Below are positions 52,759 through 62,837 of a DNA stretch of 64,000 nt, piece by piece. Made by a program: the position numbers and the translations under genes. The DNA is from Flavobacterium sp. (GTDB taxonomy: Bacteria > Bacteroidota > Bacteroidia > Flavobacteriales > Flavobacteriaceae). The stretch covers positions 61,325-125,324 of the forward strand of contig NZ_JAWKMX010000004.1 of the NCBI RefSeq assembly GCF_041392005.1, written 5' to 3'. A model generated the notes under the pieces. The model had not been told where the DNA came from and searched no databases. It was given only the letters and a program-made list of their open reading frames with translations. Each line of letters opens with the position of its first letter. Position 1 is the first letter of the stretch.

Positions 52759-52780
52759 AAATTTTGATAGATTATTTTTA

Positions 52781-53665
52781 CTAGTAACTTACATCGAAAC
52801 TTCCTTCGGTAATTGAATACGAAGTTCCACTATCGGTTGCTACAAAACTAAATGTTCCTGATATTCTGTCTGCGGTTTTGGTACTTATAGTTACTGAGCC
52901 AGAAGTGGCTAATATAGAATTACCGCCTATTTCGTATGTAGCTTGTACTTCGTCTGATGAAGTATTACCTGTAATAGTGTATGTTCCTACTCCTAAATTT
53001 TCATTTACGCCTACTGTAATATTTTGGTCGTTATCATCTGAAGCTCCTATTCCTATTACCTCGTTTATAGTTGCTACAAAAATATCGGTAGCTGTAAAAC
53101 CCACACCATCTACTTTTGCAAAAAAAGAATCGGCGCCAGGATCATCATAACCTGTATATGGAATATTTTGAAAAACGCCATTTGTGAAATTTAATGGCGC
53201 AATTGAAGTTTCATCAATATTCGACCAATAACCTGTAAATTGGAAAGTTCCTGATATTGTTTTATTTGCTGTATTAATATTTGTTATGGTTATAGAACCT
53301 GTGTCTTCTGTTTCATTATCTACATTGATACTCCAGTAACCATAACCACCGCCGCTTGCAGGATTGTAGCTTAAAATATTTTCGTTTGCTGGAAATGTTC
53401 CCAATTGATTTGCTTCTATAATAAATGAAAAACTATCGCCTGTACTATTTATTCCTGCAATGGTAATAAAATCGCTTCCTAATTGTGCCGATGCCTGATT
53501 GGCATTCCAAGTAGTACCGTTAAAATCGGCTTTAAAGATGAAATTTCCATTACCTGTAGAACCTGTTTGACCAATTAAGACTGGATCAACGGGCTCATTG
53601 TCATTAGAACAAGAAAATAGAAATAGTATTGAAAAAATTGTAACTAATAAATTTATTTTTTTCAT
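52781..53665 (-). CDS. DUF6252-like lipoprotein with two tandem beta domains
   Basis: Lipobox LFSC; FKADFNG..ISGTFQF and FFAKVDG..ISGTFSF repeats. Confidence 0.7.
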   Translation of the reverse strand: MKKINLLVTIFSILFLFSCSNDNEPVDPVLIGQTGSTGNGNFIFKADFNGTTWNANQASAQLGSDFITIAGINSTGDSFSFIIEANQLGTFPANENILSYNPASGGGYGYWSINVDNETEDTGSITITNINTANKTISGTFQFTGYWSNIDETSIAPLNFTNGVFQNIPYTGYDDPGADSFFAKVDGVGFTATDIFVATINEVIGIGASDDNDQNITVGVNENLGVGTYTITGNTSSDEVQATYEIGGNSILATSGSVTISTKTADRISGTFSFVATDSGTSYSITEGSFDVSY

Positions 53666-53693
53666 TTTAATTGTTTTTAATGGCTAAAGTTAA

Positions 53694-54980
53694 TTATTTT
53701 TTTGGTACACGCAATAATAAAAATATTCCTGCAGTAAAAAACAAAGCTAAAAATACTATGGAATTTCGCATAGAACCTGTAATTTGGTCTATGAAACCGT
53801 ATAACAACATTCCTATTACAATTCCTATTTTTTCGGCTACATCATAGAAACTAAAGTAAGAAGTTGTGTCAGAAGTATTGGGTAAAAATTTAGAATAGGT
53901 AGAACGCGATAACGATTGTATTCCGCCCATAACTAACCCTACAATTCCTGCTGTAATATAGAATTCTATTGGTTCTGTAATAAAAAAAGCAATTATACAA
54001 ACTACAACCCAAATAAAATTTACAAACAATAGTGTTTTAATATTACCTATTTTTTTTGCTAAAAATGATGTTAAAAGTGCTCCAAAAATAGCTACTATTT
54101 GTATCATTAATATGCTAATAATTAATCCCATTGTTTTTTGGGTATTGCCACCCCAATTAATTTCTTGCTCTCCAAAATAAGTCGCCACTAGCATAACTGT
54201 TTGTACCGCCATACTATATACGAAAAATGCAATAAGATAGCGTTTTAATACTATATGTTGAAACAGCTCTTTTTGAACTTTTAGCAATTCTTTAAAGCCA
54301 TTAAAAAGTATATGTTTACTTATTTTGCCACTATTTTTATTACCTATTGGTAAATAATAAAATGAATATTGGCTAAATAGCAACCACCAAATACCTGTTA
54401 ATACAAACGAAAAACGCATAGCTTGTAGCGCCTCTGTTCCTTCCTTTGTCATAATTAAAAACAAGCAAGCTAAAAGTAGTAATACACTACCGCCATATCC
54501 TAATGAATACCCTTTAGCACTTAACTTATCTTGTTGCTCTGGGTAGGCAACATCGGGCAAATAGGAATTATAAAAAACGATACTTCCCCAAAAACCAATT
54601 AATCCTAAATAAAAACATAGTATTCCGAAATAAATATTTTCGGGTGTGAACCAATACATTCCTATACAAGAAAATGCGCCTAAATAACAAAAAAATTGCA
54701 TAAAACGTTTTTTATTACCCACATAATCGGCAATACCCGATAATAAAGGTGATAGTATTGCAACCGTTAAAAATGCAAATGCAGTAACAAAGCTAATTAG
54801 TGCTGTATTTTTAAAATCGTAACCTAAAAAATGTACCGTTGGATTTTCCTTTGGAAATAAAAAACCATAATACAACGGAAAAATTGCCGACGATATTACA
54901 AGAGAATAAACAGAGTTTGCCCAATCGTAAAACGCCCAAGCATTGCGAAGCTTTAAATTTCCTTTTTCTAATAATGGCAT
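53694..54980 (-). CDS. MFS transporter (UMF1/Atg22-like)
   Basis: AWAFYDWANSVY, FYNSYLP, LSAKGYSLGYGG, QSLSRSTYS. Confidence 0.9.
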   Translation of the reverse strand: MPLLEKGNLKLRNAWAFYDWANSVYSLVISSAIFPLYYGFLFPKENPTVHFLGYDFKNTALISFVTAFAFLTVAILSPLLSGIADYVGNKKRFMQFFCYLGAFSCIGMYWFTPENIYFGILCFYLGLIGFWGSIVFYNSYLPDVAYPEQQDKLSAKGYSLGYGGSVLLLLACLFLIMTKEGTEALQAMRFSFVLTGIWWLLFSQYSFYYLPIGNKNSGKISKHILFNGFKELLKVQKELFQHIVLKRYLIAFFVYSMAVQTVMLVATYFGEQEINWGGNTQKTMGLIISILMIQIVAIFGALLTSFLAKKIGNIKTLLFVNFIWVVVCIIAFFITEPIEFYITAGIVGLVMGGIQSLSRSTYSKFLPNTSDTTSYFSFYDVAEKIGIVIGMLLYGFIDQITGSMRNSIVFLALFFTAGIFLLLRVPKK

Positions 54981-54992
54981 AAAATAGTAAAT

Positions 54993-55018
54993 AAAAATCC
55001 CGACTAATATCGGGATTT
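54993..55018 (-). terminator. intrinsic terminator
   Basis: aaatcccga-ctaata-tcgggattt. Confidence 0.65.
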
Positions 55019-55041
55019 GATTTTAATATTTCTAATGTTTT

Positions 55042-55857
55042 TTAAAACTTAACACCAAATTTAGCTGCTTCGGCTTTAGCTTCAGGAATTAAGGCCTTAA
55101 TATTTGCAATACGAGTAGCATTACTTGGGTGCGTACTCATAAACTCTGCGGGTTCTTGTCCGCCAGATTGTGCTGCCATTCTTTCCCAAAACGGTACGGC
55201 TTCATCTGGATTATACCCTGCAATTGCCATTAATGTTAAACCAATCATATCGGCTTCGCTTTCGTGTTTACGAGAAAAGGGTAGCATACCTCCTACTTGA
55301 GAACCCATACCATAGGCTTGCATCCAAAGTGCTTGTTCTTCTGCCGATTTTCCTCCAGTAGCTACTGCTACGCCTACAGCGCCAGCTTGTTGTAAAACAC
55401 CTGCACTCATGCGCTGTTGCCCGTGATTTGCTAATGCGTGTGCTACTTCGTGTCCCATTACGGTTGCTAAACCTGCATCGGTTTTTGTTACGGGTAAAAT
55501 ACCACTATATACTACAATTTTACCACCTGGCATACACCATGCGTTTACAGTAGGATCGTCAACCAATTTATATTCCCATTCATATCCTTTTAAATAATCT
55601 GAATACCCGTGTGCATTTAACCAACGTTCTGCAGCAACTTTAATTTTTGTTCCTACAGTTTCTACACGCTTTGCATCTGTAGTACCTGTAATTACTTTAT
55701 TTTCAGATAAAAACTGATCGTATTGTTGAAAAGCCATTGGCAAAATTTGACTATTAGGTACTAATGCCATAGTGCTTTTTCCAGTGAACGGATTTTTAGC
55801 GCACGATAAAACCAATGCGAACAATAATCCTAAAACAAGTTTAATTTTAAAATTCAT
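55042..55857 (-). CDS. M48 family metallopeptidase lipoprotein
   Basis: Lipobox VLSC, NAWCMPGGKI, GHEVAHA (HExxH), ESEAD, STHPS. Confidence 0.93.
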   Translation of the reverse strand: MNFKIKLVLGLLFALVLSCAKNPFTGKSTMALVPNSQILPMAFQQYDQFLSENKVITGTTDAKRVETVGTKIKVAAERWLNAHGYSDYLKGYEWEYKLVDDPTVNAWCMPGGKIVVYSGILPVTKTDAGLATVMGHEVAHALANHGQQRMSAGVLQQAGAVGVAVATGGKSAEEQALWMQAYGMGSQVGGMLPFSRKHESEADMIGLTLMAIAGYNPDEAVPFWERMAAQSGGQEPAEFMSTHPSNATRIANIKALIPEAKAEAAKFGVKF

Positions 55858-55973
55858 TTTTTTATTATTTTAAACAAAGTTAATTAATTCTTAAAAATAC
55901 ATTGCAAAAATGATTCCATTTTTTAAGCATAAGTTTATTCTTTACTTTTACATAAATTTTAAATTCAGTAAAA

Positions 55974-56825
55974 TTGAAACGAAAAAAAAATCTTTCGACT
56001 ATACCAAAACCTATTCTATGGTTAGCTAAATTTCTTGAAAAAGTGGCACCTTCTTTGGCTGTATCTTTTGCTTCGCGATTATTTGTAACACCAATAAAAT
56101 ATAAAATTCCGAAACGAGAATTTGAAATGGAAAAACAAAGCCAGCAAGTTTTTATAAATGTTCCATCGCTAAATAAAACTATAAGAATTTATCATTATGG
56201 AAATTCGCCAAAAAAGGTTTTGTTAGTACACGGTTGGTCGGGTCGAGGTACACAATTAGTTAAAATTGCCGATATGCTTGTTGCAATGGGTTACAGTACT
56301 ATTAGTTTTGATGCGCCAGCACATGGTAAATCGCCAGGAAAAACTACTGTAATGATAGAATTTATTGCAAGTATATTAACAATTGAAAAACAATTTGGCC
56401 CGTTTGAATTTTGTATTGGTCATTCACTTGGTGGCATGGCAACATTAAATGCAATAAAGCAAGGTTTGCAAGTTAAAAAGGCAGTTATAATATCGAGTGG
56501 TAACAGTGTAACCGATATTCTTTTAGATTTTGTTTCTCGTTTAGAATTACAGCCAAAAATTGCAGAAAAAATGAAATATTCTTTTGAAGAAAAATATAAT
56601 TTAGACATGGAAAGCTACTCGGCTTATGTAGCGGCTAAACATGTTGCTATACCTGTTTTAGTTATTCATGATCAAGATGATGATGATGTTCCTGTTTCGG
56701 CTTCTGAAAGCATTCATAAGCACTTAGAAAATAGTCAACTTTTAATTACGAAAAAACTTGGTCACCGAAAAATTTTAGGCGATGCCAATGTGCTTAAAAA
56801 AATTAAACAGTTTTTAGAAAATTAA
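55974..56825 (+). CDS. alpha/beta hydrolase
   Basis: LVHGWSGRG, FDAPAHG, GHSLGG, IHDQDD, LGHRKIL; TTG start. Confidence 0.88.
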   Translation: MKRKKNLSTIPKPILWLAKFLEKVAPSLAVSFASRLFVTPIKYKIPKREFEMEKQSQQVFINVPSLNKTIRIYHYGNSPKKVLLVHGWSGRGTQLVKIADMLVAMGYSTISFDAPAHGKSPGKTTVMIEFIASILTIEKQFGPFEFCIGHSLGGMATLNAIKQGLQVKKAVIISSGNSVTDILLDFVSRLELQPKIAEKMKYSFEEKYNLDMESYSAYVAAKHVAIPVLVIHDQDDDDVPVSASESIHKHLENSQLLITKKLGHRKILGDANVLKKIKQFLEN

Positions 56826-56836
56826 TCCTATTTTAA

Positions 56837-57037
56837 CCCATAGTGCATTTAGAAGCTAAAAGTTATTAAACAACGTAGCTTCGAGTAATTTTTCGTAGTA
56901 AAGCGAAGAAAAATTGTATCGAGAAGTATTAAATTGTAAGTTCTCGATACATTTCTTAGATAAATTTTATGAAAATTTATCTAAGAAATGCTCGAACTGA
57001 CGAAATAAACAAATAAAATTTTCTAAATGCACTACGG
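56837..57037. mobile_element. about 200-bp MITE/REPIN-like element, copy 2 (inverted)
   Basis: TIR TAGTGCATTTAGAA at 56841..56854 and 57021..57034; reverse complement aligns to 37154..37357 with only a few differences. Confidence 0.8.
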
Positions 57038-57089
57038 GTTATTTTATTTTACTATTTACGAAAACCAACTAGTATAGCATTTGTATAAA

Positions 57090-58847
57090 TTAAAAATCGA
57101 ACTTATAACTAGCACCTAACAAAACTTGAATTCCTTGTACTGGGTAATTTACCCATCGATTATATTGCTGGTTGGCTAAATTGTTGCCGCGTAAAAATGC
57201 CGTTAAACGTTCGTTGTATTTATAACCAATATGTGCATTTAAATCGAAATAACTGTCTAAAGTAATTTGTTTTTGTGTGTAAAGTATTGGTACAACAGCT
57301 GCATCAGTAGGAATAGTTATAATATCTTTTCTTTCCCCAACAAAAAAGATATTTGTGCCTGCATACCATTTTTTAGTAATAGTAACCTCTAGGTTAGCAC
57401 CAATTTTAAGTTCTGGTAAATTCCAAGCTTCATCTTGCGTATTGGTAGAAAAACTATTAAATGTTCCGTTTAAACCCAAGCTCACTTTTTCTGAAAAATC
57501 GCCTTTAATTTCCCCATAAAAACTTATGGTTTTTACATTATCATAAACTACATTAAACGAGTTTCCATAAGCATAACCTTCGGTATTAGTATTTTCTAAA
57601 ACAGTAGGGTTACTACTAAATAATGGTTTATTTTCTTGGTTATTGTAAGAACCCCTAATATTAAAAGAAACCGAATTGGTTAATTTTCCTTTTAAACCTG
57701 CATAAACGTCGTATTTATTATCGGTTGGGCCAACAAATAGCGTAGGCGAAACAAACGGATTTTCAGCAACAAAATCGGCATACGAATTTTGATGTAGCCC
57801 ACCTTCGGCACCAGCGTAACCAATAAGTAAATCGCCTACAATTTTGTAAGAAGCTTTTACATTTGGATAAACAAAAAACTTAGCTTCGTTTTCGTTATTT
57901 ATTTTTCCTATTCCATAAAATAATCCAGCTCCTATTTGAACTGACAAATCGTCTTGTTGGTATAAAAAGCTTGGTTTTGCGCCAAAAATTAAATTGCTAT
58001 AATTTATTGCAGTTTCGTTTTCGTACATACTGTTAAAAGATCCGCCTACGTAATCTACAATTACATCAGTATCAATTTTATAATCGAGTATTTCTACATC
58101 AAAATTAGGTTGTATCCAAAAACGATTTTCTCCTGAACCAAAAGCATCTGAAAAGCGCTTAAACTGCATAGCAGCTTCGCTAAAAAAACTATTGCTCATT
58201 GCAGCACGACCACCAAGTGCTATAGTAGTATGGTTTTGTTTTGGGTCAATTGCATTACGAATTGCATCATCAAACATAACATCATCTATAGGTAAACCGT
58301 ACCAATTGTAAGTATTGTGCTTAATCCCTAAATCGGCATTCCAATTTATGTCGCGGCTACGATTTCCGTAAGTTAAATCGAAGGCTGTGTTAGCATAGTT
58401 GTCGTCTAAAACCGCATCTTTAATGCCGCCTTGCGATGACAAATGACGAAGCATTCCGCCAATATAACTGTTTCTACTAAAATTTTTTGTTACAAAAAAT
58501 TCGGCATTTACAGTTCCGTAGTTTCCAGCACCTATTGTAGCATAGTTGTTGTAAATACGTTCTTTAGTTTCTTTATCTACACCAGCTGCTTTTCCTTTAG
58601 CGGGTGTAAAAGTAGAAGCCACTGGAAAAGAAAAAATATTGTATTTTACTTCTTCTTTTTGTGTATTGGTATCGTCTTCAATTGTTGGTGTTTCTTTTAC
58701 CTTAAAAGCATCGGAAATTGTTGGTGTATAAGGTTTTACCACATTTACTACTTCAGAGCCAATAGTTTCTTCTTGTGCTAAAGAAAATTGTGAAGCCATT
58801 GCTGTGATAATTATTGGAAAATATATTCTTAAATTCTTCATGTTCAT
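57090..58847 (-). CDS. outer-membrane beta-barrel protein (TonB-dependent receptor-like)
   Basis: Signal peptide, EVVNVVKPYTPTISDAFK N-terminus, amphipathic strands, C-terminal ..LGASYKFDF. Confidence 0.75.
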   Translation of the reverse strand: MNMKNLRIYFPIIITAMASQFSLAQEETIGSEVVNVVKPYTPTISDAFKVKETPTIEDDTNTQKEEVKYNIFSFPVASTFTPAKGKAAGVDKETKERIYNNYATIGAGNYGTVNAEFFVTKNFSRNSYIGGMLRHLSSQGGIKDAVLDDNYANTAFDLTYGNRSRDINWNADLGIKHNTYNWYGLPIDDVMFDDAIRNAIDPKQNHTTIALGGRAAMSNSFFSEAAMQFKRFSDAFGSGENRFWIQPNFDVEILDYKIDTDVIVDYVGGSFNSMYENETAINYSNLIFGAKPSFLYQQDDLSVQIGAGLFYGIGKINNENEAKFFVYPNVKASYKIVGDLLIGYAGAEGGLHQNSYADFVAENPFVSPTLFVGPTDNKYDVYAGLKGKLTNSVSFNIRGSYNNQENKPLFSSNPTVLENTNTEGYAYGNSFNVVYDNVKTISFYGEIKGDFSEKVSLGLNGTFNSFSTNTQDEAWNLPELKIGANLEVTITKKWYAGTNIFFVGERKDIITIPTDAAVVPILYTQKQITLDSYFDLNAHIGYKYNERLTAFLRGNNLANQQYNRWVNYPVQGIQVLLGASYKFDF

Positions 58848-58912
58848 TTTTAAATTACGAATTACAAATTTTCAATTTTGAGATTCCGAAACAATTGCGG
58901 AATGATAAAAAA

Positions 58913-61900
58913 TTAATTGGTAATTGATGAATTAGTTTTAGCTTCTTCGGTTTTAATTTTTGTTAATTCGGTTTGGGCTTCATCTACAATATCTGTATAA
59001 TCTTTAAAGTTTTTAATAACACTTTCTAATATATAAGTAGCTTGAAAACTATCTTTTAATCCGTAGAAATTTTTAGCCATAATAACTAAACCTTTTGCAC
59101 CGTAATACTTATAGCCCGAATAATCTTTGGCTAATTTTTGCACTACTTTATTTGATTCGTCAAATTTTGCATCTTTATTTTTAAAATACGCATCGTAATA
59201 TAAAGCTTCGGCAGCCAGTTCGCCTTGAGCTATGGCAAGCAAATTAGCATACGCCGAACGCGCTTTTGATTCGTTATTGGTTTTAATTGCCGAACGGGCA
59301 ATAATTATCTGTGCATCGCTTTTAATTCTATCATCAATTTTATCGTTAGCCAATACCTTGTCGGCATAATTACCTGCATTTGTATAATCTTCTTTTTCGT
59401 AATATGCTTTCATTAAATTAGACTGCGCATAGGTTATATTTTGCGGATAATCGGCTTCGGTTTCTAAACGTTTTAAAACAGGAATTGCTTTTGTATAATC
59501 TTTTGTTTTTAAATGCACTTGGCACAAACGAGCCAGTGCTTGTTCGGTATATTCGTTTCTTGCTTGATTAATTACATACTCGTAATGCTTTATTGAATTA
59601 TTTTCTAAGCCATCTGCAAAGTAAAGCTGGGCTAAATAAAAATTGGCCTGCAAAGCGTGTAATCCTTTAGGAAACTTGGCTAAATAATTACTAAAACCAG
59701 AAATAGCCTGCTTACTATTATTTAATAAATATTGTTTTTCAGCCGATTCGTATGCGGTATTATCTAAATCTACATCGGTTACTTCTACAAAAGACAAACC
59801 TTTAACCCAAGTGGTATATTCGTCTATTCTACCATTATCTACATAAATTAATCGAGCCGTTGAAACAGCTTCTAACGATTCTGGCGTATTAGGAAAATCG
59901 GCTACAACTTTTTTAAATTTAGCCAAAGCTGGTTCATTTTTATTATTGTTATAATAAATTAATCCTTCTTTTAGAATGGATTTAGAAACATACGAACTTT
60001 TTGGATACGAAGCAATTAATTTATCGTATGTGGCAATTGCTTTACTTTCGTTATTTTGGTTTACATAAGTATTTCCTAATTCGTAAAGTGCATCATCGGC
60101 ATATTGTGAATTGGGATATTTTTTAGCAAATGCTTCTAAATCTTCTATTTTCTTTTCGTTTCTACCTACAAAACCATAGCTAATTCCTTTTTGAAATGCC
60201 GCATAATCGCTATGAACGCCATTCATATCGATAGCCTTGTTATAAGCTTCCATTGCTGGCCAATATTTTGCCGAAATAAAATTACAATCGCCCAAACGCA
60301 AATACGCATCGGTTTTTCGAATATTATTGTTTTTAACATCGGCTATAAAATTTGTAAAATATTTAATGGCGTTATCGTAATCTTTTAGTTTAAAGTAAGC
60401 ATACGCTAAATTATATGCTAAATTCTTATATTCTGGTGTTGAAATAGCTTCTGAAGAAGTTTCAAATTGACGAAAACTTAATACAGCATCATTATATTGA
60501 TCTAAATTATACTCGGTTTCACCTTTCCAATAGGTAGCGCGAGTAGTAAACAGAGCATCTTTATTTTCGGTTATTGATTTTTTAAACAAATCGTAAGCTG
60601 CATTATAATCGCCATCGGTAAACAATTCTAATCCGCGATAAAAGGCTACTTTTTGGTAGGCCAAACGGTTTTCTGCCGATTTATTTTTTTCTAATAATGT
60701 TAATGCTTCGGTATAATTTTTTGAAGTAATGTATGAACTTATCAACAAATTGTTTATTTCTTGCTTATACGAAGTATTTGGGTATTTTGCCAAATACGCA
60801 TTTAAAACTTCTGGAACCGATTGATACGGATTTCCTAGCTCATAACTTAATTTAGCATAATTCAAATACGCATCTTCCTGAATTTTGGTATCAAATTCCA
60901 TTTCAGAAGCCGTTTTAAACGCATTTAATGCTTGTTGTTTTTTATTGGTTTTTAAATAACATTCTGCCAAATGATAATAGGCGTTTTGTGCCACAACATC
61001 TTGACCGTTTATAATTTTATTAAATTGATTTATTGCACTTTCGTAATCGCCATTTTTATAGTAGGTATAACCTAATTGATAAAAATCGGTATTGTTCCAT
61101 TTGCCTTGTTTTCCTTTATAATCTTGCAGATATGGCAAAGCTTTATCGTATTGCTTTAAATTGAAATAACTTTCGCCAATAATTTTAGACAATTCGCTTT
61201 TTTCTGAAGCAGGCGATTTTGGCATTTGAGCTAATCCTAAATCGATAGCTTGTTGAAAATTACCCAATTTAAAATTCATATCGGCTTGAAAATAGCCCAT
61301 TTTTTCTTTGTACTTATCTTGGTCTGAAACTTGGTCGAAATATTGATTGGCATTTTTATAATCGTCTGTTTCGTACGACATATAACCCAAATAATACTTC
61401 GCTTGGCTACCGTATGCTTTAGAATTTACCACACGATTTAAATATTTTTCGGCTTCTTTTTTATTTTTAACCGTAAAATAAGCATACCCTTTTTGAAAAT
61501 TATAGCGTTCTTTTTCTTCGTTAGACATTGCCGAAACATTGGCTTTATCGAACCATTCTAACGATTTTGGATAATTTCCTTGATCAAAATAGTAATGTGC
61601 TACTTCTATATAGGCTTGGTTTTGCTTGGTGCTTGTTGGATAGTTTTCTACAAAACGTTCTACCATTTCATCGGCACCAATTTGGTTTAATCGAATGGCA
61701 CAATTGGCAATATAATAGGCACAATCAGCTTGAACATCTGTATTAGAAGTGTTTTCTTTTACTTTTTCAAAAATAATTTGTGCCGATTGGTATTGTTTAT
61801 CTTTATAAAGTGCTTCGGCTCTATCGAAATATTGCAAATTATGAGTATAAATTGCCGATTGTTGTGCTGTTGCAATGGTAGTGCTAAAAGCCACTACTAA

Positions 61901-61927
61901 AAAAGAAAATCTGAAAATTTTATTCAT
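58913..61927 (-). CDS. large tetratricopeptide repeat protein
   Basis: 1004 aa, signal peptide, many TPR/outer-membrane-lipoprotein-type helical repeats. Confidence 0.9.
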   Translation of the reverse strand: MNKIFRFSFLVVAFSTTIATAQQSAIYTHNLQYFDRAEALYKDKQYQSAQIIFEKVKENTSNTDVQADCAYYIANCAIRLNQIGADEMVERFVENYPTSTKQNQAYIEVAHYYFDQGNYPKSLEWFDKANVSAMSNEEKERYNFQKGYAYFTVKNKKEAEKYLNRVVNSKAYGSQAKYYLGYMSYETDDYKNANQYFDQVSDQDKYKEKMGYFQADMNFKLGNFQQAIDLGLAQMPKSPASEKSELSKIIGESYFNLKQYDKALPYLQDYKGKQGKWNNTDFYQLGYTYYKNGDYESAINQFNKIINGQDVVAQNAYYHLAECYLKTNKKQQALNAFKTASEMEFDTKIQEDAYLNYAKLSYELGNPYQSVPEVLNAYLAKYPNTSYKQEINNLLISSYITSKNYTEALTLLEKNKSAENRLAYQKVAFYRGLELFTDGDYNAAYDLFKKSITENKDALFTTRATYWKGETEYNLDQYNDAVLSFRQFETSSEAISTPEYKNLAYNLAYAYFKLKDYDNAIKYFTNFIADVKNNNIRKTDAYLRLGDCNFISAKYWPAMEAYNKAIDMNGVHSDYAAFQKGISYGFVGRNEKKIEDLEAFAKKYPNSQYADDALYELGNTYVNQNNESKAIATYDKLIASYPKSSYVSKSILKEGLIYYNNNKNEPALAKFKKVVADFPNTPESLEAVSTARLIYVDNGRIDEYTTWVKGLSFVEVTDVDLDNTAYESAEKQYLLNNSKQAISGFSNYLAKFPKGLHALQANFYLAQLYFADGLENNSIKHYEYVINQARNEYTEQALARLCQVHLKTKDYTKAIPVLKRLETEADYPQNITYAQSNLMKAYYEKEDYTNAGNYADKVLANDKIDDRIKSDAQIIIARSAIKTNNESKARSAYANLLAIAQGELAAEALYYDAYFKNKDAKFDESNKVVQKLAKDYSGYKYYGAKGLVIMAKNFYGLKDSFQATYILESVIKNFKDYTDIVDEAQTELTKIKTEEAKTNSSITN

Positions 61928-62100
61928 TTTATCTGTTTTGTTTTAAACTTCAAATATACGTTTTACTATAGTGAATAACGAACCTTTACCCTATTATATT
62001 GTAAGACTTTTGAACAGATTTATTAACGATTTTCTTTTTCGCAAACAAAATTTTGTAGCCCAAAAAATCTTCTTACTTTTACAGTCTAATTTAACGCATT

Positions 62101-62784
62101 ATGTCTTCTACAATTCTTTCTTTACAATCGGTAAATATTTATCAAGAAAAAAATCCGATATTAACCAATGTGAATCTTGAAGTTAATAGAGGCGAATTTA
62201 TATATTTGATAGGAAAAACGGGCGCTGGAAAAAGTAGCTTTTTAAAAACACTTTATGCCGATTTACCTTTGAAAGAAGGAAATGGAACTATTGTAGATTT
62301 TGAATTGCATACTTTAAAAGAAAGTAAAATTCCGTTTTTAAGACGCAAATTAGGTGTTGTTTTTCAAGATTTTAAATTATTACCCGATAGAAGTGTTAAA
62401 GACAATTTACTTTTTGTTTTAAAAGCAACTGGCTGGAAAGAAAAAGCTGAAATGAACGTTAAAATTGAAGAAGTGTTGGATAAAGTAGGTATGAAAAATT
62501 ACCAAACCAAAATGCCGCATCAACTATCGGGTGGCGAACAACAACGAATTGCAATAGCTAGAGCTTTGCTAAACGACCCAGAGCTTATTTTAGCCGATGA
62601 ACCTACTGGAAATCTTGATCCACAAACAAGTGTTGAAGTAATGGAATTACTGCGAAAAATTAACGTAAATGGTAAAACTATAATTATGGCTACACACGAT
62701 TATGCGCTTTTATTAAAGTTTCCATCGAAAACCTTAAAAATAGACGAAGGAAAAGTTTTTGAAGTAGTGCAAAGAACAGTTTAA
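62101..62784 (+). CDS. ftsE: cell division ATP-binding protein FtsE-like ABC ATPase
   Basis: GKTGAGKSS, LRRKLGVVFQDFKLL, LSGGEQQR, LADEPTGNLD, MATHD. Confidence 0.8.
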   Translation: MSSTILSLQSVNIYQEKNPILTNVNLEVNRGEFIYLIGKTGAGKSSFLKTLYADLPLKEGNGTIVDFELHTLKESKIPFLRRKLGVVFQDFKLLPDRSVKDNLLFVLKATGWKEKAEMNVKIEEVLDKVGMKNYQTKMPHQLSGGEQQRIAIARALLNDPELILADEPTGNLDPQTSVEVMELLRKINVNGKTIIMATHDYALLLKFPSKTLKIDEGKVFEVVQRTV

Positions 62785-62802
62785 GTTAGCTATTAATAAA
62801 AA

Positions 62803-62837
62803 TACTTTTTACTTTTTACTTTTTACTTTTTACTTTT
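62803..62837 (-). repeat. perfect heptamer tandem repeat (TACTTTT)x5
   Basis: Five exact copies overlapping the stop codon of the 2OG oxygenase gene. Confidence 0.9.
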
